Of a DNA stretch of 20,000 nucleotides, positions 8,957-18,339 are shown in pieces. The notes beneath the pieces were generated by a model. That model was not told the DNA's origin. It made no database searches and saw nothing but the letters and a program-made list of their open reading frames with translations. This DNA is from Ionaspis alba (Eukaryota): NCBI GenBank assembly GCA_964255285.1, contig CAXUUL010000017.1, forward strand, positions 44,508 to 64,507, given 5' to 3'. The position numbers and the translations under genes were made by a program. How positions within the stretch are numbered: position 1 is the stretch's first letter; each line of letters begins with the position of its first letter.

Positions 8957-11900
8957 TCAAAAGCCGGGTGAGGTGATACCTCCACCAGGTGCTTGGAAGC
9001 CCCGAGGTCCTCCATAGGCAAGGCCGGCGCTAGAAGGCATAGGGCTGCCTATGTCTCCTGATACCAAGACGCCCCTAGGTCCCATCGACGAGTTGTGGTC
9101 GGGTTCGTACTTAACACAAATGCCCAGTCCAGCTTTCTCTGTGATATCGAACGATCCACCTCCGTTCTGTGAATTGCCCTCGGTCTCGCAGATAGTGAGA
9201 AGCTCTCTCAACTGAATCGGAGCCTCGTGGGCAGGCTTGAGTAGATCGATTTGACGCAAAAGAGTGTCGATATTATGGTATCCATAACTGTCACCGCTCT
9301 TGACCGGGCTGCTGTTGGTAAGCTGTTTGCATGCCTGGCACATCAACAGTCGAATTGTCCCTGATCGACGATTGGGAGCACCAATGATTCCGAATGCGTT
9401 GTTATTTGACCATCCGGAACCTTGCAATCATTAGCTCATCCTCTAAGAAACACGCTTTAGGTTGAGTATTTACTAGGTGCAGTCGACCAGGTTGGCTGGT
9501 TCGACAGCGAGGGAGTACCAAATGGCATCGATGGCGCGCCCCAAGACATCCCACCTTGATTTCCGCGAGGAAAGTTTTCCATTTTCGCGGCTTAAGATGA
9601 AAATCAGCACACTAATGCACAGGGCAGTGAGTAGACTTACATCCAATGGGTTCGGGGAACATTGGCGACGCGCCATAGCCAAGTCTACCTGATCTAGGTC
9701 CACCGGGTGCCATATTGGTTCGTCTGTCGTCGATGTTGGAGTTGAGCGGGTCATCAGTGTCGTCAAGTAGAGCACTACTTCCAAGGTGATTGCTAAGGTC
9801 GTCGATATCAGAATGCTTTGCTGGGTAGTCGTCTTGATGGGGTATACTGGAGGGTCTCTGAATTGGAGCAGGGCGAGCAATAGGCTGCGTTTGTGTCGTA
9901 CCCGGCGCTTCAAAGCTATGCTTGTCGAAGGATGCAGACGTGTTTCTAGAATGAGAATGCGAAGGCATCGTGCCATGAACAGGCCCATGTTGGGGGCCAC
10001 TATTACCGACGGCTCCGGAGCCGATTGGAGATTGAGCAGAGGCAAAATCCATAGGAGAGCCTCTTCCGGGAGGAGTGTGTCTGATCGCATTGATACCGGG
10101 AGGAAAGGCCAGTCCGCTTGGAGCGGCGTAATTCCTGTATTGCGGTCCACTGAAAGATGGCTGTTGGGGATACAATGGGGGCTCGTGACCTACAGGCATT
10201 CGTGACATCATTCCGGGCATGTTCTGCGGATAGCTGATAGGAAAAGCATTGCCTGTTATTGCAGGAGAGGTCAAGCTTCCTGGTAGCGATGCAAGACTTA
10301 CACCTGGCGGAGGGCCAATGGGCAGATTCGGCGCTGTGGTCGGTAGTCCTTGACCAACCTTGACTGGCATAGGTGCATTGCTTTGCTGCTGAGATATGGA
10401 GCTTGTTGGGGAGGTCGCCGAGCTTCCAGAAGGTATGGGAGCAGACTTTGGAGAAGACTGATGTGAATCTTGGAAGGACGTTTGCCGTGGCCGGACAGGT
10501 GTGGGAGCTTTGGGAATAGCAGGAGTTGCGACCTGTAAATGAGGAGAAGCATGGTTGCTGGAGGTAGGTTGGAGGCCAGGAGGATGTGATACGGTCGTGG
10601 AAGGCTTGCTGCGTGGAAGTGTGGGTACTGAGACTGGGACTGGCTGGGTAGCTTGTTTCGAAGCCTGCTCTTCTTTTTTGGCACGATCTTTTGCCTCCTT
10701 CTCAGCCTTCGCCTTCAATTCCCTATCTCGGCGCTCAGCCGCTTCACGCTCCTTTCTATCCTTGGCATCTCGTTCCTTCGCTTCCCGCTCCTCCCGTTCC
10801 CTTTTCTTGACCTCCTCCCGTTTCTTTCTCTCCTTCTCCTTCTGCTCCCGCTGCCTTCTCTCTAACTCTGCTTGCTGCTCCCGAGCCTCCTGTATCTTCT
10901 TCTGTTTCTCGGCTTCTTTCCGTTGCCGCTCTTCGTCTTGTGCCTTCTTCTCTGCCTCTCGCTTCTTCCGCTGCTCTTCCTTCTTCTGCCGTTGTTCTTC
11001 GAGCTTCTGTTCCTCGATGATCTTTGCAGCAGCTTCTTCCTGGGCCTTTTCAGCCTCACGTTTGGCTTTTTCTTCGTCCTTGGCTTGTTTCTGTTTCTGT
11101 TTCTTCTCTTTCTTCTTCTGCGCTTCTTTTGCCTTCTTGGCCTCTCGTTGGGCATCCAAACGAGATTCGTCAGCCAGTTCCTCGAGAAGCTTTTCCTGAC
11201 GTTCTCTCGCTACCTTCTCTCGATAAGCTGTGAGGACACGCTGTTCAAACATTCGGGCAGCAAATATTTGAAACATCCGACGTCCTTCCTCCATCCGCTG
11301 CTCCTCAGTCATGGTCTCCTAATCTCCGTGAGCATTTATTCAGGGTTCATTCTAGGAGATCGGAGTACGCACCATCTCATCCTCATCATAGTCTTCATCC
11401 TCCTGACTATCATATTCGTCATCCTCGTCATCGTCGTAGTCCTCTTCGTCCGAAGGCGGGTTTGCATCATGATTCTGAGCGGATTGATGTCTTCCTGATG
11501 ATGCATATTGTGCTTCTTCTTCCCGTTGCATACGACGTTCAGCCAGCTGTTCCATCATCTCAATGAACTTCTTCCCATCGTTCTTGAGAAGATCGTCAGC
11601 CACCGTAAGTATGCCACCTAAACAGTGTCAGCAATTCTATAAGCATACCTGGAAACTCCATGGACTACCTTGCACGGTCAGACTATTCCCGAAATTGAAG
11701 AAATCAGCTGCAGGACCCCTCGCTTGCTCTAACGGCTCGTCTTCGCTGTAGTCACCGTCTTCCTCATCTTCATCTTCTTCGCTGTAATCATCTTCCTCTT
11801 CAGCTTCATCGCCATGCTCCACGATCTCCTGTATCCGACCTCTCGCTGGACGTTGAGGATTTATTGGAGGACCTAGGTGACTAGGAGCTAATCTCGGAAT

Positions 11901-12841
11901 TGAACGAGCGTAAGTTCCAGGCGAAGGCATGATGGGGGTCCCGTCTTCTAAGCTATATTGTTGATGATTCGCATATTGTTCCAGTTCTTCATAGTAAGCA
12001 TCATACAACACCTCAAGCTCTTCCTCGATTGCTGTTCGCTTGCGGCCGCATACGGTACAACTGCAGGAATGTTTCTGTTGCTCCTTCATCTTCTTTAGAA
12101 CCATATCCTTTTCCACTTTGACCAAAGACCGCCTTTCCGTCTCTTCCAGGGATAACCAGAACTCTTTGATTCTTTCCCGCTCCTCCGCCGTGGAGGTATT
12201 CCAGATCCGATCTTTCGATACCCTGTGTGCGGCGCGCACCGCCGCAGCGGACGTTGGAGCAGTCGACTGTAAAGGTGGTGGCGGAGGGGGAGGAGGTGGA
12301 TGGAAGGCAGATGACGTTGGCAATTGCCCATGGCGGTGGTTGTATGCAGAGTGGTATTCATGTTGAGAATTTGACCTGGATTTGGTCTTCTTTTTCCTCT
12401 TTGACTTCCCATTTTGACCACCATTTGGAGCATGATCGGCACTTGGAGAATCAGTGAATAGACCGAGCAACAAAGGGACAAGGTTGCTCACTACCGGCTA
12501 TTTTCGTCGCTGTAATACTGGTCGTCTCCACCCCTGGTTTCGTAGAGGTCGTCCGCAACAGAAGGACCATACTCTAAGCCGTTCAAAGGTATCTGATCCA
12601 GAGACTCTGAACGGTTGTGGTTTGGATGAGGATGTGAGAGGTGACCATTCGGCGCAGGTGTTGGCCTCGAGGTTTGTTCTGCAGCGAGCCGGGCTGCCTG
12701 TTTTTCTCGTCTCTTCTGCTTCTTGCGATTGACCGCGTTTCCTTCAGAATTATTCGCGCCAGCAGTAGGTTCCGTCGGTGCACCCTTGTTATCCTGGTTC
12801 TGAGGAGCCGAAGGGGCAGAACGTTGAGTCGTTGGAGGCAT
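8957..12841 (-). CDS. NST1: Stress response protein Nst1, ~1208 aa; exons 12841-12492, 12441-11669, 11617-11373, 11318-9641, 9590-9474, 9420-8957
   Basis: Nst1 motifs [30 protein letters not shown]...[75 protein letters not shown] and [35 protein letters not shown], then a long K/E/R coiled coil. Five 50-54 nt introns give consistent phases (total 3627 nt). Confidence 0.93.
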
Positions 12842-13435
12842 GATAGAATGTTCAGTGTCCAAATAAATTGGAATATGGTGAGAATGAGGAGGCTCTTAGG
12901 CGAACTCCAGGAACAGCTTGAGTCGGTAAGCTACGGTGTGTCATGAACAGTTGGGGGAGTGTTGAAGGTGAGCCCCTCTAGGTTATGCTTCCCCACCAGC
13001 GGAACGCGACGTTCTTTCTCGGACGAGTCCAGAACTGGCAATGCAAGCTACTAGGATCCACATGAAAGTCGGACAAGCATATGTAAATCTGCTCTGTAAG
13101 TACTGGAAGTCGAAGACGGTTGTTGTGGTTTACAGCGTGAGACTTTGCCAGGTACCGCAAGTACACCCATAAGTCAAAAAGCGAGCGTCGTTTGGGGGAA
13201 GGTGGCGTGATGATTGGTTCGGTTTCCACGGCTCATTATGCAGGGTTATGCAAGCTAGTGCGACATGGAACTTAATCACAACCAGCGCCTTGTGGCAGTT
13301 CTGTATCGCTCTCCTCTTTACCCGTTTGCTCCTTACATCTTTCCACCGACATCTGTTTTTCTCCGGCCATTCGTCCAAATTAGCAATTCGACTCAACTGA
13401 ATAATCACCACTCTTCCTACTGAAGCCGCAGCTCG

Positions 13436-13442
13436 ATGACGT
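13436..13442. promoter_or_regulatory. ATF/CREB (Atf1/M26-type) site ATGACGT in the NST1-RHO2 divergent intergenic region
   Basis: Exact ATGACGT roughly midway between the two start codons. Confidence 0.3.
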
Positions 13443-13899
13443 GAGCACTGATCGAGCTTTGCTCAGACCTACCACGACGTTGTGGACACTGCAGGCGGAG
13501 GTGGCTGATTGGCACTGGTGTCACCTTCACCAGCTGGCAACGAAGTGCTGGAAATCTCCAATCTTTGCGTTACGTTAAAGGAACCATCGTTGTCCTGCAA
13601 TCCACACGACAGTCGTATTATTGGAGAGGTCAAGGTCTCAGCATCTATATTACCGAGACAAGCTTGCAGTCTCACTAAAAGCATCAAAATAGCGAATCGA
13701 CTTGGCCTCGGACTTCTCTGTTTTCCTCTCCACATCTCGCCATACGCTTCAGACAAGGCATACAGACTTTCCCCTTCGGTCAAGGCGGTCTCTTCTCCTC
13801 CACTTCTCATTCCTTACCGAATCGGCGTTTAAGGTCCTTTCCGCTGTGCTCGATCATTCTACGAGAAGAGAGAAAGAGTCTGTACATAGGCGTTGAGCA

Positions 13900-14926
13900 A
13901 TGGCGCAGCAACAAGCTCAGAATGTCATGCGACGGTGAGTGGGACAGGCTATTTGAGGTCAAGGTCGCGTCTGTGTAGGACCGTGGCAATATTGCAACCC
14001 TATTTGCGGAAGAACATTGGCCGGACAAGTCAATTCCTATACTTCTCGTTCCATTTCTATAGCATTCGAGCCTCACGCAACAGTGCATGCAGAGCGAAAT
14101 CCTCTCCCATTGTGCTATTCATCCACGATCGACATGAACTCATGGAACTAACGTTTCATACCATCAAGGAAACTGGTCATAATAGGTGATGGTGCCTGCG
14201 GCAAGACCTCTCTTCTCAGCGTATTTACATTGGGTTATTTTCCTACAGTATGTCATACCTTAGCCGTGGACTGAGGGAAAAGCTAATTGTCTCCAGCATT
14301 ACGTGAGGCCATCCTTTCTAATGGATCTTGTGGATTCTTACTCCCATCCCATTCGATCTTGAACAATTCTTACAAAGGCATTTTTCAGGTTCCAACTGTA
14401 TTCGAAAACTATGTCACAGATTGTCGTGTGGATGGCAAATCTGTTCAACTAGCTCTATGGGATACAGCTGGTCAAGAAGACTACGAACGACTAAGGCCAC
14501 TGGCCTACTCAAAAGCACATGTCATTCTCATCGGCTTTTCGATAGACACACCAGATTCGCTCGACAATGTGAAACACAAGGTATGTACAAGTCCCTTGCC
14601 TCCTCTGAAACAAGGAGCTTAGTCCAGACCAATAGTGGGTCGAGGAGGCGACCGACCGATGTCCGAATGTCCCAATAATTCTCGTCGGTCTCAAGAAGGA
14701 TACCAGAGAAGACCCTCTGGTTCAAGAAGAAATGCGAAAGAAATCGCTTCGTTTCACATCTACAAAGGACGGTAATGATGTCGCCCATGAGATCGGAGCG
14801 AGGAAATACCTAGAGTGCTCGTCACTCACAGGCGAGGGTGTTGACGACGTCTTCGAGGCCGCTACCCGAGCTGCCCTTTTAACGTTTGAGAAGGGCGAGC
14901 GGGGTGGTTGCTGTGTGATTCTATAA
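13900..14926 (+). CDS. RHO2: Rho-family GTPase Rho2, 200 aa; exons 13900-13934, 14169-14247, 14297-14302 (6-nt microexon), 14389-14580, 14636-14926
   Basis: Spliced protein [85 protein letters not shown]...YLECSSLTGEGVDDVFEAATRAALL...GGCCVIL. The FTLG and ERLRPLAYS motifs and the CCxx prenylation/palmitoylation end are Rho2-type. Confidence 0.96.
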
Positions 14927-15866
14927 GCTGGGATGTCTGCGATGATTGCGATGTGTACGAAGCGAAAAATTCGACATAGGACTGGGTTTTGGGCCGTCCT
15001 TGTATTCCAGCTAATTTTTGTTTTTCTGCTTTCCTTGCTCTGCATTCGTGGCGTTAGACGTGGGCCTTAGTGATCTCAAGGAGGCCTTGATTGTGCCTGG
15101 ATGGTTGCCATCCGGAGGGGTAGCAAGATAATCAGTCGGTGCTTTCCGTAGTAGCAGAGACTCAAATACAATGACATAGACTTATTTAAACCATACTCAT
15201 GTGCTGCATATTCTGGAAGAAGGAACTTGGCCGAGCTTGCTGTCATCTAGGAGCTGTCATCCAGGAGCTGGAGTCCTACAGATCATGTGATTGGCAAACA
15301 CAGCCATGCCAGCCATGCCGTCTGATGAATGATCTCTTCACAGCGAAACGAATGGACCAGATCTTAGTGCCACGTTCGGACATCACATAGAAGAACCAAA
15401 TCTGTTTTCGGGTTCTGGTTTGCTACTTCCACTGTGTTGTCGAATGAGCTAGGCTCAAAAGCGCTGAGTTTTGCAGTTAAATCTAGTCATGCTCCACCCT
15501 TCACGAGAATAGTACTGAGAGCTTGTACCAGTGAATCGAAGCTCATCGTGACAACCATCGCCTCCAATGCGAGAACTCGGCCTGCATTTAACGCTTGATC
15601 TAGTTCTTTCCTTCGGAAGTGGTCAAATGACCTGCTGTCAGCAGAATCGACTGCAAAGGTGCGTTTCCTTGCATATAAAGTGTTGATGAGAACTACAGAG
15701 CGGAAGAAAATGACTCCTCCACCACCAATTAGGCTTACAAGCCTGTAAATGTTGTTAAACAAGTTCTCCATTTGAAAAGCTTTCCTCGACGCTTCCTGAA
15801 TCAATTCACTTGAGACAGCTTCCTTCCGAGCGTCGACATCCAGGTTTCTGATCAAGAAAAGTAACC

Positions 15867-15994
15867 CATGAGGCGTGAAATCAACGCCAGCCGGCTAGGA
15901 ACGGATTCCAGTCTAGGCTTCAAATCTCCTCGTCGCTCATCTCGCTCGAGGTGATTAGGAGATACTTTGGATTTCGACCCGAAGCTCTCACATG
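15867..15994 (+). ncRNA. Candidate structured RNA element (four consecutive hairpins with a possible closing stem), identity unknown
   Basis: Stems found by eye: GGCGT/ACGCC; AGCC-GGCT-GGAA/TTCC-AGTC-GGCT; ATCTCCT/AGGAGAT enclosing TCATCTC/GAGGTGA; CTTTGG/CCGAAG. Confidence 0.25.
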
Positions 15995-16036
15995 CCCTTG
16001 AGGAGGAGCAAGGAGCTCAATCAAAGGTGCCTAGCA

Positions 16037-16246
16037 GCTTCTCTTTCATAACTCAGAAGATCAAGAAACATGCCAATGAAGTTCTGTCGTTNNNNNNNNN
16101 NNNNNNNNNNNNNNNNNNNNNNNNNNNNNNNNNNNNNNNNNNNNNNNNNNNNNNNNNNNNNNNNNNNNNNNNNNNNNNNNNNNNNNNNNNNGCTTCTCTT
16201 TCATAACTCAGAAGATCAAGAAACATGCCAATGAAGTTCTGTCGTT
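16037..16246. repeat. 55-bp direct repeat (16037-16091 = 16192-16246) flanking a 100-N scaffold gap (16092-16191); assembly overlap artefact
   Basis: Identical 55-mer GCTTCTCTTTCATAAC...TTCTGTCGTT lies either side of the N run, the same length as at the first gap. Confidence 0.9.
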
Positions 16247-16251
16247 TTCAT

Positions 16252-17700
16252 CTAAAGCTTGAAATCCACATTGTTCCTTTCCCAGCCCACATCGGTCCCT
16301 CCGGTGCCTGCAACCTTCGTTGCTAGTTCCATCTTTAGGCTCTTCGCCCGATCCGTACAGAGCTCAAATACTGTGGACAGATTGAATAGCAAAGTGTGAA
16401 AGGAGTAGCCTTTGGAGACCAGCGAATCCAGCGTTAAGCGTGCTGCGTCAAGTTTGCCCGTATACAGAAGACATACTGCCAAATTCTGAGTAACTAAAGG
16501 ATCCAGCATATGGGTCTTGGTTTCCTTCGAAGCAGCAAACTGTGACGCAGCACTTTCATAGTCCCCTTCAGCCATGCTGAGTAATGGTATCAGAGCCTCC
16601 GCATACTTCTCCTGATTGGAACCCTCCTTAGCCACGATGTATCTCCTTGCCTTTTCTAAGTTTCCAATCCGCAGCCACAGCAGACCTAGTCTCCCTCGCA
16701 TCATCTCTCCTTCTTCTCCTTCAGCCGCTAGAGTTTCTAAGTGTCGGCACGCTCCTACCAAGTCTCCCATCTCGACAAGCGCATTGGCAACCCTGGTGCC
16801 CAGATCTCTCAGTCGATCTTTCCATATCGATCTTTCTTCTCCCTTTGTTCTTCCAACCTCGCCTCTTGCATCACGCGCCAGTTCATAGTATGCCATCACA
16901 GCTCTTGCATCTTGCTTCTCTGCCAATAGCAGCCGGACGGCCAATACGCGCAACTCCCAAGGCACCAGATGTGTGCCCGTCTCCGGGTGACGATAAAAGG
17001 TTGAGTTGAGGTCTTCAAGACATTTCGCTTCTTGTGCCGCAAGTGGAGTGGCGTTGATGAGGGTCAAACAGGCGAGTCGAGTGTAGAGGAGGGAGAAAAT
17101 TTCAGACTCGGTGGGAGGCGCTGGCTGACGCGTCAGGAGAGCAGCAGCTTTAGTGGCGGCGAGGCGGAATTGACCTGAGCCAAGGAGTGTGGAAAGAGGA
17201 GCTGTGATATCGGGGATCTGTGGAGCGGTACGGAAAGGCAGAGGGACATCCTAATTCATGAAAATGAGGATTGGGACTGAAACGCAGAGAAAGAACGTAC
17301 GTATTGAGTGAGGGGATGATAGATTTCTGGGCGAAGGAGGTAGCTGTAGTCTCTGGGTGGAGGTGAGAGCACCGCCAAGCTGGCTGTGGGTGATGACTGC
17401 TTTGTGGCATCCGGTGATATAGGTAACGGTGACTTCGGCCTATGTTTGACTGGAGCTGCAGCGTCATCTACTGCTAGTGGACTGCGGACATCAATTGGTG
17501 TGCTTGTGGACCGTGGAAGTGAGATGCGGCTTACTCGTCTGCTTCTAGCGGTCCTGTCGTTATCTTCCTTGTGAGAGCAGCTGTGTCAGTCATCAGCCAC
17601 TGAGATATAGGTCTATATGTGATGCCATCGTCGAACCTCGATTATGCGATACATGTCTACTGTCTCTCTTGGAGCCGACTTGGCTCTCTTGCTGCTCCAT
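16252..17700 (-). CDS. TRAPPC12: TPR-repeat protein, TRAPPC12/TTC15-like, ~429 aa; exons 17700-17637, 17580-17535, 17481-17301, 17250-16252
   Basis: Three 50-56 nt introns give a continuous frame with TGPLEADDP, DYSYLLRPEIYHPL, IFSLLYTRLACLTL, HLVPWELRVLAVRL and QNLAVCLLYTGKL...LLFNLSTVFELCTD...DFKL. These are the motifs I recall from fungal TTC15/TRAPPC12-like proteins. Confidence 0.78.
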
Positions 17701-17938
17701 CACTCGCCCAGGGCGTGTTATATGATGTGGATGACAGTGGACGAGAGAAGACACATAAATCGCTCCTCGGACCGTTGAGATAGACAGCTCACTCGCATAT
17801 GCTTTCGCTACCAAATCTATACCTATGCATGCTCCAGTCAATGCCACGGAATACGATTGGACTACATGAAATAGGCATCAGCCTAGCAATGCTCTGTAGC
17901 ACAATCAAGCATTTGTAGCCGGTGGAGAAGAGTCTCTC

Positions 17939-18038
17939 NNNNNNNNNNNNNNNNNNNNNNNNNNNNNNNNNNNNNNNNNNNNNNNNNNNNNNNNNNNNNN
18001 NNNNNNNNNNNNNNNNNNNNNNNNNNNNNNNNNNNNNN
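17939..18038. other. 100-N scaffold gap without flanking overlap, inside the divergent TRAPPC12-like / rum1-like promoter
   Basis: N run; the flanks are not duplicated. Confidence 0.95.
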
Positions 18039-18339
18039 GAGGCATGTGCTGGGGTATGCCATCGCTAATTACCCGCCACGCCGAAGACCTCGACAACACA
18101 CTTCTGCGACTCCCATCTCTCAATCCACGGCCTTCCTTATTGCATTGGCACCTTTTGTCCAAAGTGCTGTACGGTTTGTTGCTGCAGGCTCATTCAACTG
18201 GCACACAAACGTAACTTGAACGTTACCTTACGACCAACGCCTGGTCCTATCCATTACATCCACATAAACATTGCAATTCATACCTTCTTGTACATTACTG
18301 CAACACTATCCTCGAGAAACGTTCTCTGATTCTGCCAGT

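Noticed and set aside
9473..10150. 225-aa minus-strand ORF overlapping NST1 exons 4-5
   Set aside because: Out-of-frame shadow of a Pro/Ser-rich exon that reads through an intron.
10555..11498. Long + strand ORFs (214 and 208 aa) rich in F/L/S/C
   Set aside because: Antisense shadows of the K/E/R coiled-coil exon of NST1.
11649..11668. Possible nested intron / stwintron (GTAGTC...CAG followed by GTATGC)
   Set aside because: The inner segment is only 20 nt with no branch site, too short for an intron.
13441..13533. Possible RHO2 5' UTR intron (GTGAGC...GCTGAT...CAG)
   Set aside because: The signals are plausible, but no reading-frame constraint or transcript evidence supports it.
14037..14062. 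CTATACTT...CATTTCTATAG in RHO2 intron 1 resembles U3 snoRNA boxes A'/A
   Set aside because: No box C', B, C or D downstream within the intron; likely coincidence in a pyrimidine tract.
15895..15930. Resemblance to tRNA-Sec (AGGCTTCAAA anticodon-like loop preceded by a stem with a 4-nt GG loop)
   Set aside because: Only ~3 bp of anticodon stem can form, there is no proper acceptor/T-stem spacing, and Dikarya are not known to have Sec machinery.
15967..16206. ORFs spanning N runs (also 17905-18162)
   Set aside because: Open only because of the Ns.
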